The notes: generated by a model from the sequence alone, not told the origin. Numbered from the stretch's first letter, positions 7,245 to 15,227 are shown. The stretch: DNA of 64,000 nt from an uncultured Clostridia bacterium (GCA_934454525.1 CAKSFM010000001.1:109502-173501), one strand, 5' to 3'. Program-made: numbers and translations.

Positions 7245-7807
7245 TAAGCAGTCACCTGCTTCCTGGACTTTGAAATTTCACTTTCAAAATGCACAATATT
7301 GATGCCCATATCCTTATATGGCTTAAAAATACTTTCCGGTGCACCGCCATAAACTACTATAGTTTCAGGCGATAGCCTTTGCACCATACGGGCGAGACCT
7401 ATTTCAAAAAAGATTTTATCCTCTTTGTGTTTAATACATCCGTGTGTCCCTACCGCGACAGTTTTATTTTCTTCTACCGCGTCAAAACAGAATGAGAACG
7501 TCCTCTCATCCCCAAATCTCACATTGGGGATAATTTCAACTCCGTTATTTTGAAGCCAGACCGATAAAGCTCTGCCTCTATATGTATTCCACATTTGCAT
7601 GCAAAGCGGCATATTGCGATACAGGCTGAAATCCGGCGAAATTATGCCCTTGAACTTTTTGAGTTTCGCAAGGTACTGTTTGGGATTATGCCATAGGCAT
7701 AACCTCATCTTTTTCAAACTGAAAAATATATGTAAACGTTGCATAGTTTTTTTCATTTCCCACATAAGTGTATAAATGTGGCAAAATATTGTCTTTTTCA
7801 GCGTCAA
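7244..7807 (-). CDS. Hypothetical protein translationally coupled to the first toxin gene; the true start is probably internal (about MPLCMQMW/MQMW)
   Basis: The C-terminal 110 aa 'NGVEIIPNVRFGDERTFSFCFDAVEENKTVAVGTHGC...IVVYGGAPESIFKPYKDMGINIVHFE' look protein-like. The N-terminal 70 aa look like a non-coding translation. Confidence 0.35.
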   Translation of the reverse strand: MTLKKTIFCHIYTLMWEMKKTMQRLHIFFSLKKMRLCLWHNPKQYLAKLKKFKGIISPDFSLYRNMPLCMQMWNTYRGRALSVWLQNNGVEIIPNVRFGDERTFSFCFDAVEENKTVAVGTHGCIKHKEDKIFFEIGLARMVQRLSPETIVVYGGAPESIFKPYKDMGINIVHFESEISKSRKQVTA

Positions 7808-8053
7808 GCAAGTGGGCCGTTATATCAACAACGGCAGTACACAGGCTTGATTTACCCGAGCCGTTTTTACCGATTTTGGAAATGAGTAATAAAACAAGGT
7901 TCTTTAAAGATTTTCAGGAATTTTACCTGTAAGGGTTTTAGCGCTTCGGCTGTTTTGGGAATAATAGCGCCCGATAACTTTTGCAATAATGCCGCCCTTT
8001 ATCATATTCGGGCATAAAAGCGCATATGTTAGAGTGAAAAGGGGGCTATATGC

Positions 8054-8323
8054 GTGAAAGACTATATCGAACAGCGCGCCTTAATGCTGGCAGATTACAT
8101 AATTGAAAATCAATCGACGGTGAGAGCCGCTGCAAAGAACTTTGCTCTTTCCAAATCGAGTGTACATAAAGATGTTACGGACAGACTGCTTAAAATTGAC
8201 CCGACACTTGCGCGAACCGTTAAAGCCGTGCTTGACAAAAACAAGGCGGAGCGGCACATCCGCGGCGGAATGGCAACAAAACGCAAGTACGAGGAAAAGA
8301 AGCGCCGATACGCTAATATCTGA
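8054..8323 (+). CDS. spoIIID: Stage III sporulation protein D (SpoIIID), mother-cell transcription factor
   Basis: '(M)KDYIEQRALMLADYIIENQSTVRAAAKNFALSKSSVHKDVTDRL...IRGGMATKRKYE' closely matches B. subtilis SpoIIID. GTG start with RBS AAAGGGGG. Confidence 0.9.
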   Translation: MKDYIEQRALMLADYIIENQSTVRAAAKNFALSKSSVHKDVTDRLLKIDPTLARTVKAVLDKNKAERHIRGGMATKRKYEEKKRRYANI

Positions 8324-8981
8324 GAATTGCAATCGCCGCGGCGCACATCAAAAGAGTGAACACAGCCGCGCCGTACAGTGCAAGCTTCGGTTTTCCTCCA
8401 TCGCCGCTCGGGCGCATTTCAGCCATGCCGGTTTTCCGCAGAATCTTCACAAACGGCTTGTAAAGCATGACAGCAAGCGAAGAATTTATCGTGCATTTAA
8501 TCAGATTGAACGGCAGAAAAACCGGAAGCAGCATTTTCACAATATCGCCGCGCGGAATTTCCATGTAAAGAGGCGTGAGCGCATAGTTCCACACAAGCAT
8601 GGTGGCGGCAGATGCCGCCGTTCCGAGTGCGAGTCCGGCAATTGCCGATGGCAGGCGCCTGTTTCTTCCGTATACTGCCGATGCAACACACGCAAACGCA
8701 CAGCTTGAAATTACATTCATAACAAAACCTATTAATCCCGTTTCGCTGATTGTGAGCATTTCCGCAAGTGAGACAACTGCCGAGATTAAAAACGCGGTCA
8801 TAGGACCGTACAAAAATCCTCCTATGACAATAATAATATCCTTCGGGTCATACTTTAAAAAGGATATTATACTTATCGGAACAGCCTTTCCGATGATCAC
8901 TGCCGCATATGCAAGCGCGCAGAGCAGCGCCGTGCATGTTATTTTCTTTGTTTTGTTCATAGCCGCAAACATTCCTTTCAT
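8313..8981 (-). CDS. ribU: ECF-transporter substrate-specific (S) component, riboflavin type (RibU), inferred from the upstream FMN riboswitch
   Basis: Protein with about 5-6 TM helices and the small hydrophobic S-component architecture. It lies directly downstream of the RFN element and overlaps the 3' end of spoIIID convergently by 11 bp. The start could instead be ATG 8972 or 8960. Confidence 0.7.
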   Translation of the reverse strand: MKGMFAAMNKTKKITCTALLCALAYAAVIIGKAVPISIISFLKYDPKDIIIVIGGFLYGPMTAFLISAVVSLAEMLTISETGLIGFVMNVISSCAFACVASAVYGRNRRLPSAIAGLALGTAASAATMLVWNYALTPLYMEIPRGDIVKMLLPVFLPFNLIKCTINSSLAVMLYKPFVKILRKTGMAEMRPSGDGGKPKLALYGAAVFTLLMCAAAIAILRY

Positions 8982-9148
8982 ATAAAAAATGCGCCCCTTA
9001 TAAATCGGGGCGCATTTTTATTGCATTTTAAAATCTCCTGTCATCCGGACTTTAACCGTCGGCTGCGGAGTTTCACCGCATCGGCCTCAAATGAGGTTAG
9101 TGGGCTTTGACCACCGGTAGGGAATTTCACCCTGCCCCGAAGATATAT
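8982..9148 (-). ncRNA. FMN riboswitch (RFN element) with an intrinsic terminator (8982-9019) as expression platform
   Basis: The minus strand reads 'aucuucggggcagggugaaauucccuaccgguggu...gaggccgaugcggugaaacuccgcagccgacgguuaaaguccggaugacaggagau'. This matches the B. subtilis ribD leader consensus. A hairpin 'aaaaaaugcgcccc/ggggcgcauuuuuu' plus U-tract sits just before the ribU start. Confidence 0.85.
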
Positions 9149-9152
9149 TTAT

Positions 9153-10403
9153 TTACTGATTCTGTTTTTCATCCGCCTGAGCTGCGTCCTGCGCGGTATC
9201 CTGCGTTTGCTGCGCCGAATCCTCCGCAGGAGCTGTGCTCTGCTGTGCGTCTGCATTTTTCTGAGCCGCATCAGCTGCTTTCTTTCTTGCCTTGCTCCAC
9301 TCGTCAAGGTATTTATCAATCGTTTCGTTTTCAAACTTAACGGGTTTCATTTTCTTAAGCTTCTTATCGATAAGACCCATCACTTTTTCCTGAAGCTTTT
9401 GCTTTTTATAGTCCTTGAATTCATCAATTGAGTCATCAATAGCATATCTCTTAATGATGTGATAGCCGTAATCTGTTTTAACCGGTTCTTTAGTGTAGCT
9501 TCCGATTTCAAGATTTTTTGAAGCTTCCTCAAATTCGGGAACCATCTCGCCCGTTCCGAACACATAGAACTTACCCTTTGAGATTCCGGGGTCTTCGTTA
9601 TATTTTTCTATAAGGTCATCAAAGTCCGCGCCCTCGTCAAGCTTGGCAATAACTTTCTTGGCAATTTTCTTTGCTTCTTCATCGGTTTTGGCAGGCTTTG
9701 TTTCGTTTCCGCTGCTGTCTTTCTGCGCCTGTGTTCCGATAAGAATGTGCTGAACTCTCCACTTGTCGGCATAATCCTTAAGGAAATCCTTTTTAAGCTT
9801 GCTCTTGTCAATCGATGCCTTGCCGTCCGTTTTCGTAAGTTCCTTGTAAAGGCGGTCATAAATCTCGCAGATTACAAGATAACGGTCGAACGCCTTATCG
9901 GTTGTTCTCGCTTCCTCAAGATATGCCTTGTATCCGTCAGTTCCATTGTAATTCTGTTCAATAAGATTATTCTTGTTTTTCGTAACGGCATTCTCAACAG
10001 CCGTGGAATCCGCTTTTATTCCGTTATCCTCCGCAAGAGCAACAGCGGCAACCATCTGCTTTATCTGCGCTTCGGTGTTTTCTTTCATATAATCTCCCAT
10101 GGTCTTGCCGTCCTCAATCTCCATGGCTTCCCAGTCATCTCCGTAATACGAAGAGTACTGCGACATATTGTCATACACAAGCTTATATATAAAATTATAA
10201 TCTGCCTGTGTGATCTTGGTTTTGCCTATTGTGGCAACAACGCTGTTATTAAGCGTTTTATCCCCGTCCGTTGCAATAACCTTATCTTTAAACGATTTGC
10301 CCCCGCCCGTTCCGGCTGACATTTTATCTCCGCTGCCGCAGCCGCTGAGAAGCATAACAGCCGAAAGTGCGGATGCGCACAGAGCCGTAAATTTCTTACC
10401 CAT
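9153..10403 (-). CDS. prsA: Foldase lipoprotein PrsA (parvulin-type peptidyl-prolyl isomerase)
   Basis: Lipobox 'LLSGC', the PPIase core 'RVQHILIG...GYHIIKR', and a low-complexity acidic/Q-rich tail. Start ATG 10403 with RBS AGAAAGGA; the track start at 10433 is TTG. Confidence 0.8.
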   Translation of the reverse strand: MGKKFTALCASALSAVMLLSGCGSGDKMSAGTGGGKSFKDKVIATDGDKTLNNSVVATIGKTKITQADYNFIYKLVYDNMSQYSSYYGDDWEAMEIEDGKTMGDYMKENTEAQIKQMVAAVALAEDNGIKADSTAVENAVTKNKNNLIEQNYNGTDGYKAYLEEARTTDKAFDRYLVICEIYDRLYKELTKTDGKASIDKSKLKKDFLKDYADKWRVQHILIGTQAQKDSSGNETKPAKTDEEAKKIAKKVIAKLDEGADFDDLIEKYNEDPGISKGKFYVFGTGEMVPEFEEASKNLEIGSYTKEPVKTDYGYHIIKRYAIDDSIDEFKDYKKQKLQEKVMGLIDKKLKKMKPVKFENETIDKYLDEWSKARKKAADAAQKNADAQQSTAPAEDSAQQTQDTAQDAAQADEKQNQ

Positions 10404-10500
10404 TATTCCCAATCCTTTCTCATGTGATTTCAAAAATCTAATATATTATATAACATCGGATTCGGATTTGCAAGTACTTTACACTTTATTTACAATTTTT

Positions 10501-10926
10501 TTAACCGACATAATTATCGATAATTTTTCTTTCCTGCATATTGATTTTCAAACCCTCGCCCGTGGCAACCTCCCGAAACGCGGTTTTTACATCGGATGTG
10601 ATTTTATTGCTTTCATTAATCAGAAACCAAACGCTGCGCAATTCATTCCAGTACTTCGGGTGATTGATTACACCGTGTTTTTGTATATGGTTCATCAGCA
10701 GGATGACATTTCCGTCCGACATATCAGTTTTAACATTATTATAAAGCTCTGCCCTTTTTCTCAGGAAAAACAGGTAGATATATATAAGATAGGCAGCGAC
10801 CGCGCCGAAAACGCCTGTCGGCAAAGCAAGAACAACTGCCAGTATCGGAAGCTTGTCCACCTTGATTCTGCTGTAAACCGGAATCAGAACTATAATGGAA
10901 ATCGGGATAAGATAAGCATAGTTCAT
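10501..10926 (-). CDS. Hypothetical small membrane protein (2 TM)
   Basis: Start ATG 10926 with RBS AAAGGGG. It lies downstream of a consensus promoter at 10957-10986. Confidence 0.5.
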   Translation of the reverse strand: MNYAYLIPISIIVLIPVYSRIKVDKLPILAVVLALPTGVFGAVAAYLIYIYLFFLRKRAELYNNVKTDMSDGNVILLMNHIQKHGVINHPKYWNELRSVWFLINESNKITSDVKTAFREVATGEGLKINMQERKIIDNYVG

Positions 10927-10956
10927 ATTAAACGCCCCTTTAAAATATTCTGCATA

Positions 10957-10986
10957 ATTATACCATAAACAGGCACAATCAGTCAA
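10957..10986 (-). promoter_or_regulatory. Sigma-A promoter TTGACT-18-TATAAT (minus strand) inside a 39-bp repeat
   Basis: rc(10981-10986) is TTGACT and rc(10957-10962) is TATAAT. Confidence 0.55.
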
Positions 10987-11015
10987 TATATTTTACTGAG
11001 AAATTTTACATGCCG
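10977..11015. repeat. 39-bp direct repeat (copy 1 of 2; copy 2 at 12398-12436), 2 mismatches. It carries the -35 box of the minus-strand promoter
   Basis: Both copies read 'aatcagtcaatatattttRctgWgaaattttacatgccg'. Confidence 0.8.
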
Positions 11016-11094
11016 TGCAGGTTTACACTTCCAAAGACGAATATGCTGACGCTAAACCGCGGCAGAATGCCGAGCGGAGCTGCCCCACGTATCA

Positions 11095-12120
11095 CTAAAT
11101 AATCAAACAATCTTCAATCATTACATTTTCACCGTCAAATATTAAAAGCTGCTTGCCGCTTTTGCCTGAGCACTTTCCTATAACTTTAATACTCGCGCCC
11201 TCCTTTAGCGCGGCAACGGCATCAGTTTGCGAAGTGTTAAAATTCAGCTGCACGGATTTAAAATATTCGCCGCTTTTTAAAAGTACACATAGGTTACTGT
11301 CGTGATTTGTTTTACCGAAACTGTTTATAATTCCTGAAACAATTACGGTCTTGCCGGTGTAATTCTTATCCGCATTTACGATATTTGATTCATATTCTGC
11401 CATAAGCTGATTCGCATTAAAAGAAGGATATTGTTTATATTGCTCGCTTATGTAATTATCCATATTGCGCGCCGCCGCAGTATCAGGATACTGTGTTTTA
11501 ATACTGTTGCATATATCAAGCGCGTTTCTGTAATCACCGTCTGAAAACTTTTTCGCAGCCTTTTCTAACTCTTGCTGCGACTTTTCTTCATCGGTCATTT
11601 CAGTATTTTGAGCATTTTTCACCGAGGTGGTTTTGCTGTCCGAGAATTCAACCAAATTATTCAAAAGAAAACCGAAAAGAATAACAACGGCACAGACACA
11701 ATAACCGATAATGCGCATGTTACTCTTTCTTTGTTTTTGTACCCCGAAAGGTATTTTATTCGTGCTGCCTATTGCTTTTATATCTGCTGTATAAGCATTA
11801 TTTGCGGCAAAGCTGCCATATGTCGGAATATGCGGCGCATTATCAGCATAGTCAACCGCAAAATTACCGTTCAAAACAAACCTTGTTTTCAATTTCACGA
11901 TTTCCGCATCGTCATTGACCACTGCCACAAAAGAAACATTCATTTTTTTACCGAACATACTTTTTTGTTTAAAAGACAGCATATGGCTTCCTGTTCCGAC
12001 CGCAGCTTCCACGGTTCCGCCGCAGCTTAATGTTCCGATGTATGTATTCATTATATAGACATCGAATTTACATGCACATCCGCAAATCTGCGGTTTCCAC
12101 TTAATAATAATTTTTGCCAT
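11095..12120 (-). CDS. Hypothetical protein with one central TM helix (341 aa)
   Basis: Long ORF with RBS GGGGTGA. A terminator-like hairpin lies in its leader at 12141-12173. No recognised motifs. Confidence 0.5.
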   Translation of the reverse strand: MAKIIIKWKPQICGCACKFDVYIMNTYIGTLSCGGTVEAAVGTGSHMLSFKQKSMFGKKMNVSFVAVVNDDAEIVKLKTRFVLNGNFAVDYADNAPHIPTYGSFAANNAYTADIKAIGSTNKIPFGVQKQRKSNMRIIGYCVCAVVILFGFLLNNLVEFSDSKTTSVKNAQNTEMTDEEKSQQELEKAAKKFSDGDYRNALDICNSIKTQYPDTAAARNMDNYISEQYKQYPSFNANQLMAEYESNIVNADKNYTGKTVIVSGIINSFGKTNHDSNLCVLLKSGEYFKSVQLNFNTSQTDAVAALKEGASIKVIGKCSGKSGKQLLIFDGENVMIEDCLII

Positions 12121-12397
12121 AGTATTTTCACCCCATCATAAAATAAAAAATGCGCCTACCGAAGCAGACGCATAAAAAACGCAAACTCCGATAGTCGCCA
12201 AACTAATTGATTATGACAAGAACGAATCCGTATCACTCAAATTGAAATCTGCGTTTTTTGCATAATTCATGACAGAGTGACACAAAAACTAAACTTATCC
12301 TTTATATCAAAAGAAAAGTTCCCGTCAAAATATTCAATTAGTTTGGCACAATTATGATACCATATTCTTCTGCAATTTGCAACACATTTTTATAGGC

Positions 12398-12436
12398 AAT
12401 CAGTCAATATATTTTGCTGTGAAATTTTACATGCCG
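12398..12436. repeat. 39-bp direct repeat (copy 2)
   Basis: See 10977-11015. Confidence 0.8.
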
Positions 12437-12497
12437 CAAAACCGTATTTTTAAGACGCTCCGAGGAAAAATAGAATTATGCTTAAGGAGCGGGAAAA

Positions 12498-12881
12498 ATG
12501 AAAAAACATATTTATTATTTTATAAATCTTTTTTTAACCGGTGCGGCAGGCTACTGTCTGCTTGAAATTCTGTGGCGCGGATACACGCACTGGGCAATGG
12601 CGCCGATAGGCGGTTTGTGCCTTATGATAATCGGAACGGTGAACACTCTTAACATTAAACCGGCATTAAAAGCACTGATTTGCTCGGGGGCGATTACCGC
12701 GGTTGAATATCTGTCGGGTACAATTTTGAATATTGTTCTTAAATGGAATGTCTGGGATTATTCCGACAGATTTTTAAATGTTTCCGGGCAGATATGTCCG
12801 CTGTACAGTGTGCTGTGGTTTTTCCTCAGCCTTGCGGTCATCACTGTTATGAACAGATTCCGCCGCACAGCATTTTTTTAA
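12498..12881 (+). CDS. Hypothetical small membrane protein (about 4 TM)
   Basis: RBS 'aaggagcggg'. The protein is hydrophobic throughout. Confidence 0.5.
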   Translation: MKKHIYYFINLFLTGAAGYCLLEILWRGYTHWAMAPIGGLCLMIIGTVNTLNIKPALKALICSGAITAVEYLSGTILNIVLKWNVWDYSDRFLNVSGQICPLYSVLWFFLSLAVITVMNRFRRTAFF

Positions 12882-12952
12882 ATTATATATTGCAATAATG
12901 CCGCGCGTCTGTTATAATTACATTACGACAAAACAATTCGGGAGTGAAGCAA

Positions 12953-13378
12953 ATGATGCCCGGCAAAAAAATCCTCGGACTTGATTACGGCGAAGCGCGC
13001 ATAGGAGTTGCGGTGAGCGATATTTTCGGAATGGTTGCAACACCCATGGAAACAATCTGTGAGAAAAACCGCGACCTGCAGCTCAAAAAAACAGCCGAAG
13101 TCATCGCCGGTAACAATATAGGGAAAATCGTTGTCGGTTATCCGAAAAGGATGGACGGCACCATCGGTCACCGTGCGGAGTACACAAAGGCATTTGCCGA
13201 GGAGCTTTCCGAGAAAACGGGCGTTGAGTACGTTTTGTGGGATGAGAGGCTTTCCAGCACCGAAGCTCACAGGATTCTTGAGGAGGGCGGCGTGAGCGGA
13301 AAGAAGCGCAAAACAAAGGTTGATAAGATTGCCGCCGTTATTATCCTGCAGGGTTATCTTGACAGCTGTACTCACTGA
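12953..13378 (+). CDS. ruvX: Putative Holliday-junction resolvase / pre-16S rRNA nuclease RuvX (YqgF)
   Basis: 'KILGLDYGEARIGVAVSD' N-terminal motif, 140 aa. DUF1292 follows downstream, as is typical in Firmicutes. Confidence 0.85.
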   Translation: MMPGKKILGLDYGEARIGVAVSDIFGMVATPMETICEKNRDLQLKKTAEVIAGNNIGKIVVGYPKRMDGTIGHRAEYTKAFAEELSEKTGVEYVLWDERLSSTEAHRILEEGGVSGKKRKTKVDKIAAVIILQGYLDSCTH

Positions 13379-13400
13379 AGATTTGAAACGGAGGATTATA

Positions 13401-13661
13401 ATGAACGAAAACGAAAAGGATTTTGATGCCGTTGAGGAGGAATATGAATTTCTCGACACGGTGGAATATGAAAATGAAACATATTTTCTGATGACTCCGG
13501 CAACCGATTCGGACGAGATTGACGGCGAGGTATATGTTATGAAGCTTGTTGAAATCGACGGAGAGGAAATGCTTGAGGGCGTTGACGACGGTGAAATTTT
13601 TGACGCGGTTTACAACATTTTCAAAGAAAAAAATAAGGACGAATTTGAATTTATGGATTGA
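13401..13661 (+). CDS. DUF1292 family protein
   Basis: 'MNENEKDFDAVEEEYEFLDTVEYENETYFLMTP...DEFEFMD'. Acidic protein with RBS GGAGG. Confidence 0.7.
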   Translation: MNENEKDFDAVEEEYEFLDTVEYENETYFLMTPATDSDEIDGEVYVMKLVEIDGEEMLEGVDDGEIFDAVYNIFKEKNKDEFEFMD

Positions 13662-13744
13662 TTTTTTCGGTTCGCTGTGTTAATATGGCATTGTTACCCT
13701 GCGGTGTGCGCAGTTACGGATTTATTTTAACCAACACTTCTACT

Positions 13745-13845
13745 ACGGGAGATCATATAGAGCTGTGGCGTGTAAGCCCTTACCTACGGGTCAGAGGGAA
13801 ACCCAGGAGCAGCTCCGAGATCACCCACCTGCTCACGCAGGTTTA
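13745..13845 (+). ncRNA. Candidate small structured RNA, SRP-RNA (4.5S-like) domain-IV-like motif. Boundaries are approximate
   Basis: 'ccuuaccuacgggucagagggaaacccaggagcagcuccgag' resembles the SRP RNA helix-8 consensus 'uuaccaggucagguccggaaggaagcagcc' (GUCAG...GNRA loop...AGGAGCAGC). The region is intergenic, the ORF at 13658-13846 is implausible, and I could not draw a convincing fold by hand. Confidence 0.3.
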
Positions 13846-13907
13846 GAATATTCCGAAATAAACGGCACTGCGGGGTTTTTATTTTATAATTTAAGGAAGG
13901 ATTTCAA

Positions 13908-14870
13908 ATGAAAAAAGGAATTAGAGCTTTTATACTTGCGGCGGCGCTTTCAGTTTCGCTTCCGATTTCTTCACTTGCAGCGTTTAAGGATATGCCCTCG
14001 GGCGCGGACGGTGCCTGCCTTCAGCGCGCCGTTGACAACAATTTGCTTACCGGCTTTGAGGATGAAACAATCCGCCCGGCAGACGCGATTACACGCGCCC
14101 AGATGGCGGCAATCACAGTGCGCGCTTTCGGAGCAACAAGGGCAGCCGACATTGCAAATTACACGGACGTTTCTTCTTCCGACTGGTTTTATGATTCCAT
14201 GGCAAAGGCAGTTGCAATGGAGGCGTTCCAGGGCAGCGGCAACAAGCTGAACCCCACGGACAATATATCACGCCAGGAAGCCATGATTGTGCTCTCAAGA
14301 GTTTTTGCCCTGCCGGAGTCTGACGGTGCGCTTGATAAATATACCGACGCATCTCTTGTTGCGGACTGGGCAAAGGACGGCGTTTCCAAAATTGCTGGCG
14401 GCGGGTATCTTCCGGAAAACGACTCGGCGCTTCGCCCGACAGATAAGATGACGCGCCTTGAATTTGCGCAGATTATGGATAAGCTGGTAAGTATGTACAT
14501 AACGGAAAGCGGCGAATATACGGCGGATAAGCTTTCGGACGGAAACATTCTTGTTAAAGCGTCCGATGTGTCATTTAAAGGCATGGAGGAAAGCACCTCC
14601 GTTATTATCGGCGATGGTGTGGACGGAAAAACAAGCTTTACCGACTGCAAGCCAAGCCGCGTTATTATCCGCGGCGGTACGTGCATTATAAACTCCGGCA
14701 CGTACAAAGCGGTAAATGCAATCGGTTACGGAACAAAGCTCGTGCTGATGAAACATCCTTCGGAGCTTATTATCCCCGGCAGCACAGCTGTTTTTGACGC
14801 TGAGAGAGGTAAGGGAGAGATAATTTTAACGCTTCCGAGCCTTGAAGTACCTGACAAAAAGAGCAATTGA
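13908..14870 (+). CDS. S-layer-homology (SLH) domain cell-surface protein with signal peptide
   Basis: Signal peptide 'MKKGIRAFILAAALSVSLPISSLAA', followed by three SLH-like repeats ('FKDMP...', 'YTDVSSSDWF...', 'YTDASLVADWAKDGV...'). Confidence 0.75.
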   Translation: MKKGIRAFILAAALSVSLPISSLAAFKDMPSGADGACLQRAVDNNLLTGFEDETIRPADAITRAQMAAITVRAFGATRAADIANYTDVSSSDWFYDSMAKAVAMEAFQGSGNKLNPTDNISRQEAMIVLSRVFALPESDGALDKYTDASLVADWAKDGVSKIAGGGYLPENDSALRPTDKMTRLEFAQIMDKLVSMYITESGEYTADKLSDGNILVKASDVSFKGMEESTSVIIGDGVDGKTSFTDCKPSRVIIRGGTCIINSGTYKAVNAIGYGTKLVLMKHPSELIIPGSTAVFDAERGKGEIILTLPSLEVPDKKSN

Positions 14871-14889
14871 TAAAATTTTCAGTTTTTTC

Positions 14890-14918
14890 TTGACAAAGAA
14901 TATTTTCTCTGTTATAAT
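14890..14918 (+). promoter_or_regulatory. Consensus sigma-A promoter TTGACA-17-TATAAT
   Basis: 'ttgaca' at 14890-14895 and 'tataat' at 14913-14918. Confidence 0.7.
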
Positions 14919-14924
14919 ACAACT

Positions 14925-15213
14925 AATTTAATAACCAAACGCAATGAAGGGAAGGAGTAAATACCCTGAACCGGTTATAGAGAGAGGCGGACGGTGGAAG
15001 CGCCTTATCGGAAGGTATTGAAGTAGTCCCGGAGCGGCTGACCGAACAGTGCACGGTGCGCTAAGTAGACTCAGACGGAGAAGTTTCCGCCGTATAAAGG
15101 GATTTCGGCATCGATTTATTTCCGTGCTGTATGAGGTGCAAGGATAGTTCCCTTGCATGAAGTTAGGTGGTAACACGAGTCATTCGTCCTAATACGGACG
15201 GATGACTTTTTTT
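14925..15213 (+). promoter_or_regulatory. T-box-like riboswitch leader (Stem I with AGAGAGA bulge and a distal loop containing GGUGGAA, T-box sequence, antiterminator/terminator)
   Basis: The T-box-like sequence 'aaguuaggugguaacacgag' at 15160-15179 sits upstream of the terminator. The antiterminator can form as 'uagg'-[UGGUAAC bulge]-'acga...ucgu'-'ccua'. The competing terminator is 15179-15213. The specifier codon could not be assigned by hand. Confidence 0.5.
15179..15213 (+). terminator. Intrinsic terminator of the leader (11-bp stem, U7)
   Basis: 'gtcattcgtcc taatac ggacggatgac ttttttt'. Confidence 0.8.
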
Positions 15214-15227
15214 GTTAGGCATAGCAG

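Noticed and set aside
4100-7302. Plus-strand ORFs 4100-4333, 5408-5683 and 6844-7302 with identical Ala/Ser/Pro-rich translations
   Set aside because: They are the antisense strand of the shared toxin N-module (which explains why they are identical). They lack RBS and their composition is antisense-like.
8142-8708. 188-aa plus-strand ORF and other long antisense ORFs inside ribU, prsA, dnaE, the 827-aa gene and elsewhere
   Set aside because: They run antisense to well-supported genes, have Arg/Cys-rich GC-skewed composition, and show no RBS or promoter support.
13658-13846. 62-aa ORF in the DUF1292 to SLH intergenic region
   Set aside because: It overlaps the structured-RNA candidate. The translation 'MIFSVRCVNMALLPCGVRSYGFILT...' is not protein-like and there is no RBS.
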